Shown here in pieces: positions 18,123-28,720 of a stretch of DNA of 64,000 nucleotides. Under the pieces are notes generated by a model, which did no database searches, had not been told where the DNA came from, and saw only the letters and a list, made by a program, of their open reading frames with translations. Source of the stretch: a virus (Duplodnaviria; Caudoviricetes); the IMG/VR virus record IMGVR_UViG_3300033072_000181, positions 1-64,000 of that record. One strand, written 5' to 3'. Positions within the stretch are counted from its first letter, which is position 1. Each line of letters starts with the position of its first letter. Both the position numbers and the translations under genes were made by a program.

Positions 18123-18515
18123 ATGATTATTGCAACTGAACTCCAAAAGCTAGGCAACTGGCTAAAAGCTGAAACTTTTGCTGACTATGGTTATGGTCGT
18201 GTAGAAGTTACCGTAAATGACTCTGCTCAAACTCTTGCTACTGGTACTGTTCTAGGCAAGGTTACTGCTACTGGTAAGTATAAGGTTTGTACTGCCGCTG
18301 CTGCTGATGGCTCACAAAATGCTGCCGCTATCGTTATTACCGCTAAGACTATTGCTGGGGCTACTGATACTAAGGTTCTAGCTCTAGTTAAAGGCCCTGC
18401 CGTTGTTGCTAAGGGTGGTTTAGTTCTAGCTGCTGACATTGATACCGCACCGGAAAAGCTAGCTGTTTATACAGCACTTGAAGCTCTAGGTATCGTAGCT
18501 CTAGATTCTATCTAA
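18123..18515 (+). CDS. Head decoration protein
   Basis: GTVLGKVTATGKY...DGSQNAAAI motif; directly before the MCP gene. Confidence 0.8.
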   Translation: MIIATELQKLGNWLKAETFADYGYGRVEVTVNDSAQTLATGTVLGKVTATGKYKVCTAAAADGSQNAAAIVITAKTIAGATDTKVLALVKGPAVVAKGGLVLAADIDTAPEKLAVYTALEALGIVALDSI

Positions 18516-18538
18516 TTTTATAACAAGGACAATAATAA

Positions 18539-19555
18539 ATGATTACTCGTTCATTTGGTAATAACTTTGAAGTTCAAGATTATACTCAGGAAATTAAACT
18601 AGTTCCTAATTCTTGGACTCTTCTAGGTGATTCTGGCTTATTCGCACCTGAATATCTTAGCACTACTTCTGTATCTTTCCAAGAACAAAATGGTTCCCTT
18701 GGTCTAGTTGCTGATGCTCCGCGTGGCGCTCGTCCTCAAGCTGCTAATGACGTTGTACGTAAGCTACATTCTTACAGCATTCCGTTCTTCCCGATTGTTG
18801 ATCGTATTCAACCGCAAGACCTTCAGAATAAGTCTGCTTATGCTGATCTATCTGCTGCTGATACCGAAGCTGCTCAACTAGAACGTAAGATGCTAAAGAT
18901 TCGCAAGTCTTACAATGTTACTCAAGAAGTTGCTCGTTTCCAGACTCTAACTACTGGTCAAGCCTACGCTCCTAACGGTACTATTGTTGCTGACTTCTAT
19001 TCTGATTTCGGTATCACTAAGCAAACCGTTGATTTCGTTCTAGGTACTGCTAATACTGATATTGTTGCTAAGTGTGAAGCTGTTATTTCTTCACTACAAG
19101 ATAACTGTTTTACCGATAGCGTTATCACTGGTGTTACTTGCTATGCTTCTCCTGAATTCTTCGCTAAACTAATTAGTCATGCTAAGGTTGTAGCTGCATA
19201 TCAATACTACTCCAGCACACAAGAGCCGCTACGTCAGCGTGTTGGTGGTCAAGGTCTATATCGTCAGTTCGTATATGGCGGCATCACCTTCATTGAAGTA
19301 CGTACTGTTCTAGCTGGTCAGCGTCTAATTGCCGCTAATGCTGCTGTATTCGTTCCGAACGGTGTTGATGAAGCCTTCGTTACTTACTTCGCTCCTGCTA
19401 ACCGTATGAGCCTTGTTGGGACACAAGCCGAAGAACTTTATATGTTCACTTTCCCTGATCCTAAGGGTCTAGGTATTGATATTGAAGCTGAAGCTAGTTT
19501 CCTCAACGTACTACGCCGTCCGGCACTAGTTATTGGTGGTACTACTTCTAACTAA
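18539..19555 (+). CDS. Major capsid protein (lambda gpE-like family)
   Basis: Size, position and terminal ASFLNVLRRPALVI motif. Confidence 0.85.
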   Translation: MITRSFGNNFEVQDYTQEIKLVPNSWTLLGDSGLFAPEYLSTTSVSFQEQNGSLGLVADAPRGARPQAANDVVRKLHSYSIPFFPIVDRIQPQDLQNKSAYADLSAADTEAAQLERKMLKIRKSYNVTQEVARFQTLTTGQAYAPNGTIVADFYSDFGITKQTVDFVLGTANTDIVAKCEAVISSLQDNCFTDSVITGVTCYASPEFFAKLISHAKVVAAYQYYSSTQEPLRQRVGGQGLYRQFVYGGITFIEVRTVLAGQRLIAANAAVFVPNGVDEAFVTYFAPANRMSLVGTQAEELYMFTFPDPKGLGIDIEAEASFLNVLRRPALVIGGTTSN

Positions 19556-19570
19556 TAGTTAGTTAAACTG

Positions 19571-19603
19571 AAGGTAGGGGCTTCGGCCTCTGCCTTTTAT
19601 TTT
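19571..19603 (+). terminator. Rho-independent terminator after MCP
   Basis: AAGGTAGGGGC-TTCG-GCCTCTGCCTT followed by a T tract. Confidence 0.88.
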
Positions 19604-19664
19604 AATAGTATTAGCAATAGTATTATTAACATAAAATAAAACAAATAAAGGTAAAAGGATAATT

Positions 19665-20036
19665 ATGCTAACTGAAATTGAAAAAGTAAGAATTGAAGTT
19701 CAAGATAATGAAACCAATTTCTTTATTTTATCTGACGAAGAAATCCAATATATTCTAGATAAGAATTATGGTAGTATTTCTTTAGCTAGTATTGATGCTG
19801 CAAGAATTATTCTGTTTAAGTTATCTCAACAAGGTGATGAATCAGTTTCTATCTTTAGTATTAGAGGAAGTAAATCAGCAGAACAATACAGAGAAGCATT
19901 AAAACTATATCTAAACAATTCTGCATTAAATCCTAATTATAGTTTAGCTAGTGCTTATGCTGCCGGTATTACAAAGAGTGATATGCTTCTTTATTCTTCA
20001 GACTTAGATAGTACAATCCGTAGCTTTGATTTCTGA
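19665..20036 (+). CDS. Head-tail adaptor
   Basis: EKVRIEVQD...LSDEEIQYIL motif; synteny. Confidence 0.7.
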   Translation: MLTEIEKVRIEVQDNETNFFILSDEEIQYILDKNYGSISLASIDAARIILFKLSQQGDESVSIFSIRGSKSAEQYREALKLYLNNSALNPNYSLASAYAAGITKSDMLLYSSDLDSTIRSFDF

Positions 20037-20394
20037 GGTCAATATGGTTAATTGGCAAAGAATAGTAAATAAAGCATTAGCTAGAAATAAGCGAACAGTA
20101 ACATATAGCACTAAATCTACTGCATCGTATGACCCTACTACTGGTCAATCCAGTGTTAATACTACTAATACAGCTATCGATTGCGCTAGAGATTTTACCA
20201 AACGTACTCAATCAGATGGTGCTAATATTATTTTAGTTGATAAGACAGTATTTTATATTAGTCCTGATAGTGCTGTAGTACCAAAAGCTAACGATACTAT
20301 AACAGATGGTACGGATAAATTCACAATAGATAAAGTAGAGAAACAGTTTGCAGGTGGGGCATTAGTTCTATATATTGTTTATTGCAATAGTTAG
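20026..20394 (+). CDS. Head closure protein (likely start 20044)
   Basis: SYDPTTG motif; synteny. Confidence 0.6.
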   Translation: MISEVNMVNWQRIVNKALARNKRTVTYSTKSTASYDPTTGQSSVNTTNTAIDCARDFTKRTQSDGANIILVDKTVFYISPDSAVVPKANDTITDGTDKFTIDKVEKQFAGGALVLYIVYCNS

Positions 20395-20872
20395 GATAGA
20401 TATGATAAAAGCTGATACTTCTGATCTTGAAAAATATCTAGATAATTATATAAATGAATTTGAAACTAAAGCCGAACAAGCAGTACGTGATTTTGCACAT
20501 GATACAGTAGTTGGTTTAATACGTGTATCTCCTTATGGTGATAGTATAAGATTTGAAGATTACTACAAGAACAGATTAGCTCCTTTACCAAAAGAAGAAG
20601 GTATGTTACGTGCCAACTGGAAAATAAATCTCAATAAAGCTGGTGAAACCGTATCGTATGTTGCTGGCAGTAGAAAAGGTGAAAACTCACTTAATAATGA
20701 ATACTACACAATGCTTAATTATAAATTAGGAGATAGTTTTAGTTTCTATAATATCACTCCTTATTTAGAGCATATTCATTCACAGCAAGCACCAGAAGGC
20801 GTAGCTGCTAAAGCTACTAATGCTTTAATGCTTATTTATTCAAAGAGTAATCTTAACGAATATTTAAAATAA
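20375..20872 (+). CDS. Tail completion/neck protein (HK97 gp10-like; likely start 20402)
   Basis: G.LRANW, N.TPYLE, SQQAPEG motifs. Confidence 0.65.
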   Translation: MFIAIVRIDMIKADTSDLEKYLDNYINEFETKAEQAVRDFAHDTVVGLIRVSPYGDSIRFEDYYKNRLAPLPKEEGMLRANWKINLNKAGETVSYVAGSRKGENSLNNEYYTMLNYKLGDSFSFYNITPYLEHIHSQQAPEGVAAKATNALMLIYSKSNLNEYLK

Positions 20873-20880
20873 GGAATGAT

Positions 20881-21288
20881 ATGATATATCAAAACATTAG
20901 AGCAGCATTTGAAACTGCACTGTATAATCTGGATAATACTTTTGCTACCGCTTGGGAAAATACTGAATTTACTCCTGATGAAAACGTACCTTATCAGAGA
21001 GTTCAACTAGTGCTATATAAACCGCAGAATCCTACTACATCAGCGGATCACAGAAGAGAAAGAGGGGAGTTTCAAGTATTTGTATCATACCCAAAAGGTT
21101 CTGGTGCTAATGCTGCTTACGATAAGGCTAGTAGTATAGCTAGTCTATTTAAAAGAGGAACTACCTTAATTAAGAATTCTACTAAAGTTTTAATTGTACA
21201 ATCTCCGCATGTAGCAACAGCTATGCAATTTGCGGATAGATATGTAGTTCCAGTTACAGTTGAATTCTTTGTAGATGTATTTGAATAA
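20881..21288 (+). CDS. Tail terminator protein
   Basis: TAWENTEFTP, G.FQV.V.YPKGSG motifs. Confidence 0.75.
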   Translation: MIYQNIRAAFETALYNLDNTFATAWENTEFTPDENVPYQRVQLVLYKPQNPTTSADHRRERGEFQVFVSYPKGSGANAAYDKASSIASLFKRGTTLIKNSTKVLIVQSPHVATAMQFADRYVVPVTVEFFVDVFE

Positions 21289-21335
21289 TATCTTGCGCGA
21301 AGATAATGTTAATTAACAAATAAAGGAAATATATA

Positions 21336-22544
21336 ATGGTTGCAAATGCTATCCGTAAATCAATTACTTATAAGAGAGAAGCTGCTTGGGGTACTCTTCC
21401 GGGTGCTACCCTAGGTAAAGAACTGCGTAGAGTTCAAGGTAATTTTAATCTAACTAAAGATACGTATGACTCTAGTGAAATCCGTACAGATCAACAAACT
21501 GCTGTATCCCGCCATGGTGTTCGTAGTGTAACTGGTTCTCTAAACGGAGAATTATCTGCTGGTTCATACTCTGAGTTTCTAAGTGCTATTCTAGCTAAAG
21601 ATTTTGCTGCCGGTGTTGCTAGTTCTGGTGCTACTCTAACTATTGCAGCTAATGGTAGCAATTACGATGTAACTAGAGCAGCAGGTTCATATCTTACCGA
21701 TGGTTTTAAAGTTGGGGATGTTGTTCGTTTAACTGGTGCTGCTCTTAACGCTAATAACGTAGCTAAGAATCTAATGGTACTTGCTGTAACTGCTACTGTT
21801 CTTACTGTTAAGGTGCTTAATGGTAGTACTCTAACTGTTGAAGCGAGCAAACTTGGTGATGCTTCAATCGTAGGTAAGAAAACCTTTGTACCTTCTAGTG
21901 GTCATACTGATGTATCTTATAGTATCGAACAATGGTATTCTGATATTCCTGCTGTTGAAGTTTATACAGGTTGCAAAGTAGCTAGTGCTGCTGTATCATT
22001 ACCTAGCACTGGTTTCTCTACTATTGATTTTAATTTCACTGGTAAAGATTTAGGTCAAGTCGGTTCTACACGTTACTACACTACTCCTACCGCTGCTGGT
22101 ACTACCGCTGCTCTAGCTGCTGTTAATGGCGCGTTAGTAATTGATGGTGCTGCTGTAGCTTTACTAACATCCGTAGATTTCACTATCAATCGTGAGCTAT
22201 CTCCGCTAACTGTAGTTGGTAGCAATACTGCTGCTGATGTTACTGCTGGTCGTATTACTGTAACTGGTAGCTTTAACGCTTATTTCTCTGATGTTACTTA
22301 CAGAGATAAATTCGTAAATGAAACTGAAGCTGCTCTAGCTATTGCTCTAACCGCCGATAATACAGCCGCTTCTGATGTTGTAGCTTTTGTTCTACCAAGA
22401 ATTAAAGTAAATTCAGCTACAGCTTCTGATGATACTAAAGGCATTGTACAGACATTTAACTTTACTGCTTTACTAAACGTAAATGGTGGTAGTGGTATTA
22501 GTTCTGAAAAGACTACTATTTCTGTTCAAGATTCACAAGCATAA
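21336..22544 (+). CDS. Major tail tube protein
   Basis: RE..WGT, SSEIRTDQQ, G.LNGELS.GSY, YSIEQW motifs; synteny. Confidence 0.85.
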   Translation: MVANAIRKSITYKREAAWGTLPGATLGKELRRVQGNFNLTKDTYDSSEIRTDQQTAVSRHGVRSVTGSLNGELSAGSYSEFLSAILAKDFAAGVASSGATLTIAANGSNYDVTRAAGSYLTDGFKVGDVVRLTGAALNANNVAKNLMVLAVTATVLTVKVLNGSTLTVEASKLGDASIVGKKTFVPSSGHTDVSYSIEQWYSDIPAVEVYTGCKVASAAVSLPSTGFSTIDFNFTGKDLGQVGSTRYYTTPTAAGTTAALAAVNGALVIDGAAVALLTSVDFTINRELSPLTVVGSNTAADVTAGRITVTGSFNAYFSDVTYRDKFVNETEAALAIALTADNTAASDVVAFVLPRIKVNSATASDDTKGIVQTFNFTALLNVNGGSGISSEKTTISVQDSQA

Positions 22545-22561
22545 GCTAACTGATAATTAAA

Positions 22562-22598
22562 GAACCCTGACCCTTTAGCCGGGGTTGGGGTTTTTGTT
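22562..22598 (+). terminator. Terminator after the tail tube gene
   Basis: GAACCCTGACCC...GGGGTTGGGGTTT followed by T-rich tract. Confidence 0.75.
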
Positions 22599-22613
22599 TA
22601 TATAGGAGTTGAA

Positions 22614-23828
22614 ATGAAAAATTCTGATAAGATTTTAGTATTACGTAGAGAAGATTCTTATGGTAATATCTCAGATAATACTAGCGGATTTACTTTACGT
22701 AGAACTTCGCTTAATGTTAATCGTAGTATAGAACAAACAGCGAGTAATGTAATCTCAACTAGCTTACAAGATACTAAAATATATAATGGTAGAGAGTCAA
22801 TATCTTTATCTGTTAATTCTGAGCTTACTCCCGGCAGCTTCTCTGAAATCATTAGATCATATACAGGAAGAGGCTTTAGTAAAACTCAATCATTAGTTAC
22901 TTCTGATCTAACAATAGTTGATAACAATAATACTACTTACTCTTTATACGGTTTTGCTTCAACAGCAGGAGTAACATTAGGTAGTATCTGTAGATTGAGC
23001 GGTAATGCTGTTTTAGCGGTGAATAAGACCAATTTGATCGTAACTGGTGTTCAGGTATCAAGTCTAACTGTTAGAGTGCTAAACAATGGTTCTCTTACAG
23101 CACAGACGGGTATTGTTGGGTCATTAGATGTAGTTGGTGCTAGAACATACATACCAACACATGATAACGTAAAAGATAGTTTTACATTAGAAAGTTATGC
23201 ACCGAATGTGTCAATGTTGTATTCTGGTTTAATTGTAAATAATTTATCCTTTAAGAGTTCTGCTTATTTTTGTGATTTCACCGCTGATTTTGTAGCTCAG
23301 AAATTAAAACAGAAAGGTACTTCTCAGGTATTAACAGCAGTTAAACAATTTAGTGATAATCCTGTTAATATTATTGATGCTACTTTATTAATCAACAACA
23401 CAGTCACTTATGTTACTAATTTTCAAATTCAATGTGATAAAGAAATTGCTACAACAGAGAATATAGCCAGTAATAATATTACAGATTTCTATGTAAATAA
23501 ATATACTACAACTGCTTCTTTTACTGCTGCTTTAAAAGATTTGACTTATGAAAACTTACTAAATCAGAATGTAAGTATTACTTTAGTTTTAGCTGTTGAT
23601 AATACAAACAGTTCAGAGTTTATTAGATTCAGCTTACCTAATGCTAAAGTAACAGCGGTTAATCAAGATGATAGTTCTGTCTTACTAACTAGCTTTGAAG
23701 TTGAATCTACGTACTTATCTACAGGTGATATAGAAGATAGTACCTTAATAATCCAGCAAAGTTCCAATAGTATATGGAATTGGGATGATTTAGATACTTG
23801 GTCTGATAGTAATATTTGGTACGATTGA
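22614..23828 (+). CDS. Diverged second tail-tube paralogue
   Basis: Collinear similarity to 21336..22544 (LRR.., ELT/SxGS.SE, RL.G, LTV.VLN); extra Trp/Asp tail WNWDDLDTWSDSNIWYD. Confidence 0.7.
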   Translation: MKNSDKILVLRREDSYGNISDNTSGFTLRRTSLNVNRSIEQTASNVISTSLQDTKIYNGRESISLSVNSELTPGSFSEIIRSYTGRGFSKTQSLVTSDLTIVDNNNTTYSLYGFASTAGVTLGSICRLSGNAVLAVNKTNLIVTGVQVSSLTVRVLNNGSLTAQTGIVGSLDVVGARTYIPTHDNVKDSFTLESYAPNVSMLYSGLIVNNLSFKSSAYFCDFTADFVAQKLKQKGTSQVLTAVKQFSDNPVNIIDATLLINNTVTYVTNFQIQCDKEIATTENIASNNITDFYVNKYTTTASFTAALKDLTYENLLNQNVSITLVLAVDNTNSSEFIRFSLPNAKVTAVNQDDSSVLLTSFEVESTYLSTGDIEDSTLIIQQSSNSIWNWDDLDTWSDSNIWYD

Positions 23829-23836
23829 TAAATTAC

Positions 23837-23865
23837 TTTACAAACTAAATTTCTGGATGTATAAT
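23837..23865 (+). promoter_or_regulatory. Promoter of the tail chaperone gene
   Basis: TTTACA-N17-TATAAT. Confidence 0.8.
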
Positions 23866-23923
23866 ACTACGGATAGGCTATATTGACTTATAGCTTTTGA
23901 TAAACTACACATAAGGAGAACAC

Positions 23924-24328
23924 ATGTTAGACCTAGACACAACTAATGTAAATAAGCAATCTGAAGAAGGTTATGAACTAGAAGTATTACATCCTGTAAC
24001 TAATGAACCGACTGGTGCTAAGATTACAGTTCGTGGTGAGCAATCAGCTACAGTACGTAATTTCAGTAAGCGTAAGTACAACGAATATAAGCAACGTGAA
24101 GCACAAGCTAAACGCCGTGGTCGTGAAGTAGAAGATTTAACCCTTGATGAAGCTGAAGAACTAGCTGTTGAATCTGCTGTTATTCGTGTTATTTCATGGG
24201 AAGGTATTGGTGCTAGCGGTAAGCCTCTAGCTTTTACGCCTGAAAATGCTACTGCTGTACTAAAAGAACATGCTTGGATTCGGGATCAAATTGTGGAGGC
24301 AAGTCAAAATCTAGCTAACTTTCTCTGA
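23924..24328 (+). CDS. Tail assembly chaperone (G-like)
   Basis: Between tail tube and tape measure genes; ends QNLANFL. Confidence 0.8.
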   Translation: MLDLDTTNVNKQSEEGYELEVLHPVTNEPTGAKITVRGEQSATVRNFSKRKYNEYKQREAQAKRRGREVEDLTLDEAEELAVESAVIRVISWEGIGASGKPLAFTPENATAVLKEHAWIRDQIVEASQNLANFL

Positions 24329-24701
24329 TTATGATATAGAGGATTTAAAGCTATTCTTTGATAAGACTTTAGAATTTACAACTAGACAAACTGATGGTAG
24401 AACATTAAGGGATCATTTGGAAAGTATCTGGAAGCAAACTGGTGTTAAACCTTCAGAACTAGATAACATTCCAGAACTACCATCAGTTTATATTTACTGT
24501 TATGAAATCTTTTCTGATTTATCTAGACGCAGAACTAATAGTGGTTTCGGTATGAATCCTTTAAGTTTTGCTGAAATACTAGCATATAAAGAGTTATTAC
24601 AAATTGATTTAGAAATATGGGAAGTAAAGATTATCTTATTACTAGATGAATGGCTATTAGACTTTGTAGCTAAACAAGAAGAAAAGAAGAATAAAAAATA
24701 A
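24315..24701 (+). CDS. Tail assembly chaperone T-like extension (frame open from 24315, no in-frame ATG near its start)
   Basis: Open frame overlapping the end of the upstream ORF; track start TTG 24417; ...SRR.TNSGFGMNPLSFAEI.AY motif. Confidence 0.7.
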   Translation, partial: LTFSDYDIEDLKLFFDKTLEFTTRQTDGRTLRDHLESIWKQTGVKPSELDNIPELPSVYIYCYEIFSDLSRRRTNSGFGMNPLSFAEILAYKELLQIDLEIWEVKIILLLDEWLLDFVAKQEEKKNKK

Positions 24702-24710
24702 ATATAGAAT

Positions 24711-24745
24711 ATGGGAGGTATCGAAAGGTACTTCCCTATTTTACT
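24711..24745 (+). terminator. Terminator before the tape measure gene
   Basis: GGGAGGTATC-GAAA-GGTACTTCCC followed by TATTTT. Confidence 0.7.
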
Positions 24746-24813
24746 TTAATAGCTAGCAAAATGCTCAGTTATACGCTGGATATTAAATTAAAATACTTGA
24801 TAAAGGAAAGATT

Positions 24814-27800
24814 ATGCAAGGGTTACGTTTTGATGTAGATACCAAACCTATTGTTGATGCGGTAAATGAACTACGTAAGCTAAAGACAGAGATTGGCAAT
24901 GTTAATACCGCAGTAGAAAAGAAAACTAAACAAGCCAAAGAGTCTGCCGATGCTGAAAACAAAGACACTAAGGCTAAAGAAGAATCTGCTAAAGCACTTG
25001 CTAAACAGTTAAAGTTTATTACTGATCTAGATAATAAATTAAAAGATATTGTAGATGGTTATAGTAGAAGCGAAGCTGCTATTTTAAAGCAAGCTAGAAA
25101 TCTAAAATTAACTGGCGATCAAATTACGGTTGTTACGGACTTAATGAAGAAATTACGTCCGTTAATCAGTGATCCATTTGATAGTAGCATTGGTGCAATA
25201 GCGTCTGTTAATAAAGAACTACAAATGTTCCAAAACAGATCAGAGTTAGCAGCACAAGGTATTACCTTAACTAGCAAACAATTACGCGAGTTCTCTAGAA
25301 TACAAGAAGAAGTATATGGTAAGTTTGCAGCTAGTTCTGGTAATTCTAGCCGAAGTCAAATTGAAGCTATGCCAGCTTTTTCAGCAGAAGTAGAAAGATT
25401 AAAAACTCAGTATCTTGCTGCTGCTAGACAAGTACAAGGTTTTCAATCTGCTGAAGATGCAGCAAAAGGTAAAGGCTCTAACACAGTAAGCTACGGTTCT
25501 AAAGGAAGTATGGATTCTCATGTTAATGCTTACAGAAAAGCTAATGCACTGAATTCTGATGCTTATTTATCTCAGCAAAAACAAGTAGCTGCTACAGAAG
25601 AAGCTATCGTAGAGTCTCATGTTTTGGCTATGCAAGCTGCTAACAGAAGAAGAGAAATAAACGAGCAGAAATCTAATGATCGAATTATACGTGCGGCTGA
25701 AAAGCGCGTCAATGCACTAAAAGATCAATATGCTGCTGAACTTCAAGAGCAAGAGTTAGTAAATGCTGGTTATTCTCCCGGTATGGCTTTTGCTAACGCT
25801 CAATTAGAACTAAGAAGAAACCAAGTTCAATCTAAATATTCAGCTTCCGTTTTAGCCTCTGATCCTAGAGCTAAAGCCTTAATGGAAGAAGAATTAAAGC
25901 TACTTGATAAGCAACACGAACATCAAACAAAGAACGCTAAATCTGCTAAAGAAATGGCGTTTGCTATGCGTCAAGTACCAATGCAGATTACCGATATTGT
26001 AACATCATTAGCTGCCGGTCAGCCTCCGATGATGGTTATGTTACAACAAGGTGGTCAGTTAAAGGATATGTTTGGTGGTGTGAAAGAAGCTGCTATTGCT
26101 TTAGCTGCCGGTTTAAAGGATGCTTTATTTGCATCAGTTGGTTTATTAGCTAATCCGTTCGTAGCTGCTGGTGTAGCTATTGCTGCTTTCTCTGCATTAC
26201 TTTGGAAAGCTGCTGATCGTAACGAAGAGTTTGCCAAGAGTATTATCCTAATGGGTAATAGCACTACGCTTACTCTGGCTGATGTTAGAAATGCTGCTAG
26301 TTCTGTAGCTGAAGTAACGGGTACTAGCTTATCTACATCCGGTAATGCTTTCATTACGTTAGCAAAGCATGTAAAATTAAGCAATGAAACATTAAAAGAA
26401 CTAACAATTACTGCTGTTGATCTAGAGAAATACGGCGGTCAAAGTGTAGATAAAACTGCTAAAGATATAGCTGCTTTACGTGATAAACCGCTTGAAGCAA
26501 TGCTTGATCTTAACAAAGAGATTGGTTTCTTAACACCTGAATTAGTTAAGCAAGCACAAGCCTTTGTAGATAATGGTCAAAAAGCTGACGCTGCTGCTCT
26601 GCTTATCTCTAAATATAACGATGCTATGGTTGATATGGCAAAGAAGTTAAAAGAGAATGAAGGTGCAGGTAAGCAACTATGGAGAGAAGTAACAGAATCA
26701 ATACAAGAAACTATTGATAAGTTATCTGAATTCTTATTAAAATATAAAGGTGTTATCCTTACTGTAGCTAAGTTTCAAAAGGACTTCGTAGCTGGAGGCC
26801 CTATTGGTGCAATAGCTGGACTATTTAATAATGATAAACCAGAAGATAAATCACCTAGATCATTATCCGTAACAGAAGCACCTAAAACTGAATCTGATAA
26901 AGCATCTGCTGTAGCTAAGTTACAAGATTGGTTAAATAAGAACAATAAGAAATTAAAAGAAAAATCAGAAAGAACCGAACTTGAATCAATGCTTAATGCT
27001 GCTGGTGCTAGTGAAAGTGACCGTAAATTAGCATATGCTTCACTGAATGATAAATATAAAGAGAAGGCTAATAAACCTAGCGAATTATATTCTGCCGGAT
27101 TAGAGCATTTTAAAGCTATGGCTATTGATGAATCTAAATCAATAGAAGATGCTAATAAAGCTAATAAACTCCTAGAAGAGCAGCGGAAGATTCAAGCAGC
27201 TATATTACACGATCAATTAAGGTTATCATCAGAAGAAGATACTAGGTTAGAAACTAAAGCTAAACTAAATACTTTATCAGAAAAAGATAAGTTTATTTAC
27301 GAAGCTAAAGTAAAAGCTGAAGCTGATACTGCAAGATTAATCGAACGGACTAGAGATAATAGAACACTATCACCGGATCAGATTGAACAAACAGTAAATG
27401 ACCTAATTGCTAAAAGACCAGAGTTGGTAGCTAAAGCTGGTGAAGCTGCTGCTAAATATTACGATCAAGAGAGAGATTTTGCTACCGGATGGGAAAAGGC
27501 TTATAACTCAGCTAAAGATTCAGCTAAGGATTATGCTAAAGTAGCAGAAAACGTATTTAGCAAATTAACTGATAGCATGGCTGACGCTATGACTACTTTT
27601 GTTATGACTGGTAAGCTATCATTCAAAGATTTAGCTAATAGCATTATAGCTGATTTAATCCGTATCCAAGCTAAGAATCTAGCTGTTGGTCTCATGGGTA
27701 ATAGCTCTAGCGGCATCATGGGATTCCTTGGTGGTATCATGGGGAGTTTAAACGGTAACACTGCTGCTTTATCTAATAGTGGTTATAATAGTACTCTTAA

Positions 27801-28257
27801 TACTTCTGGATATGCTGATCCATCTACACTTTCTTGGAATGCTAACGGTAATGCTTTTGGTTTATCCGGTATCCAAGCATTTGCTAACGGTGGTGCATTT
27901 ACTAACAGCGTAGTCAATAGTATTACTCCATTTAAATTTGCTAATGGTGGAAAGTTTGGTATAATGGGTGAAGCTGGCCCTGAAGCGATCATGCCGTTAT
28001 CTAGAGATAGTTCAGGTAAGTTAGGTGTGTCTGTATCAGGAGGTACTTCTAGTGGTTCTGTATCTGTTATTGTGAATAATCAAGGTAATAATTTACAAGT
28101 CACTGAGCAGAAAGAAACCGTAGATAGCAGAGGTAATAGAAAGATTGAACTTACCGTTTCTGAAATGGTTGCTAAAGAACAAAGCAGACCCGGAAGTTCA
28201 ATTTATAATAGTACCAAATCTAGCTTCGGTTTAAGACCAGCTTTAGTTACTCGATAA
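24814..28257 (+). CDS. Tail tape measure protein
   Basis: 1147 aa, Ala/Lys-rich helical; [30 protein letters not shown] and FANGG...[11 protein letters not shown] motifs. Confidence 0.92.
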   Translation: MQGLRFDVDTKPIVDAVNELRKLKTEIGNVNTAVEKKTKQAKESADAENKDTKAKEESAKALAKQLKFITDLDNKLKDIVDGYSRSEAAILKQARNLKLTGDQITVVTDLMKKLRPLISDPFDSSIGAIASVNKELQMFQNRSELAAQGITLTSKQLREFSRIQEEVYGKFAASSGNSSRSQIEAMPAFSAEVERLKTQYLAAARQVQGFQSAEDAAKGKGSNTVSYGSKGSMDSHVNAYRKANALNSDAYLSQQKQVAATEEAIVESHVLAMQAANRRREINEQKSNDRIIRAAEKRVNALKDQYAAELQEQELVNAGYSPGMAFANAQLELRRNQVQSKYSASVLASDPRAKALMEEELKLLDKQHEHQTKNAKSAKEMAFAMRQVPMQITDIVTSLAAGQPPMMVMLQQGGQLKDMFGGVKEAAIALAAGLKDALFASVGLLANPFVAAGVAIAAFSALLWKAADRNEEFAKSIILMGNSTTLTLADVRNAASSVAEVTGTSLSTSGNAFITLAKHVKLSNETLKELTITAVDLEKYGGQSVDKTAKDIAALRDKPLEAMLDLNKEIGFLTPELVKQAQAFVDNGQKADAAALLISKYNDAMVDMAKKLKENEGAGKQLWREVTESIQETIDKLSEFLLKYKGVILTVAKFQKDFVAGGPIGAIAGLFNNDKPEDKSPRSLSVTEAPKTESDKASAVAKLQDWLNKNNKKLKEKSERTELESMLNAAGASESDRKLAYASLNDKYKEKANKPSELYSAGLEHFKAMAIDESKSIEDANKANKLLEEQRKIQAAILHDQLRLSSEEDTRLETKAKLNTLSEKDKFIYEAKVKAEADTARLIERTRDNRTLSPDQIEQTVNDLIAKRPELVAKAGEAAAKYYDQERDFATGWEKAYNSAKDSAKDYAKVAENVFSKLTDSMADAMTTFVMTGKLSFKDLANSIIADLIRIQAKNLAVGLMGNSSSGIMGFLGGIMGSLNGNTAALSNSGYNSTLNTSGYADPSTLSWNANGNAFGLSGIQAFANGGAFTNSVVNSITPFKFANGGKFGIMGEAGPEAIMPLSRDSSGKLGVSVSGGTSSGSVSVIVNNQGNNLQVTEQKETVDSRGNRKIELTVSEMVAKEQSRPGSSIYNSTKSSFGLRPALVTR

Positions 28258-28311
28258 CACCGTAATGCTGTAATACCGCAATACCGTAATACTGTAACAC
28301 CGTAACACTGA
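28256..28311. repeat. Degenerate 8-bp tandem repeat (AAYRCYGT) x7
   Basis: aacaccgt aatgctgt aataccgc aataccgt aatactgt aacaccgt aacactga. Confidence 0.85.
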
Positions 28312-28339
28312 AGGGATGCCAGCCGGTGTCCCTTCTTTT
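28310..28339 (+). terminator. Terminator after the tape measure gene
   Basis: GAAGGGATGCC-AGCC-GGTGTCCCTTC-TTTT. Confidence 0.85.
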
Positions 28340-28354
28340 ATATAAAGGATTAAT

Positions 28355-28711
28355 ATGATTATTTGGCCTAGTTCTCTACCTGTCTTACCTACTAAGAATT
28401 ACACAGAAGATAACGGTGTGCTTATTCTGCGTACTCCAATGGATGCTGGCCCTGCTAAACAAAGACGCAGAGGTAAGCGACCTAGTAATATGCAGGTACA
28501 ATATGAAATGACTTCGTCACAAGTTGTATCTTTAGCTAATTTTGTTGAAAATACAATTTATGGTGTAAAGCGTTTTCAGATTACACATCCAAGAACACTA
28601 CAACAAATTGAAGTACGTATTGTTCCATCAGACGGCGGTAAGCTATATGATTTATCAAGAGTTACTAATGATCTGTGGAACGTAAATCTTACGTTAGAAG
28701 TATTACCATAA
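28355..28711 (+). CDS. Distal tail / minor tail protein
   Basis: WPSSLP, LRTPMDAGPAKQRRR motifs. Confidence 0.75.
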   Translation: MIIWPSSLPVLPTKNYTEDNGVLILRTPMDAGPAKQRRRGKRPSNMQVQYEMTSSQVVSLANFVENTIYGVKRFQITHPRTLQQIEVRIVPSDGGKLYDLSRVTNDLWNVNLTLEVLP

Positions 28712-28720
28712 GGAAATAAC

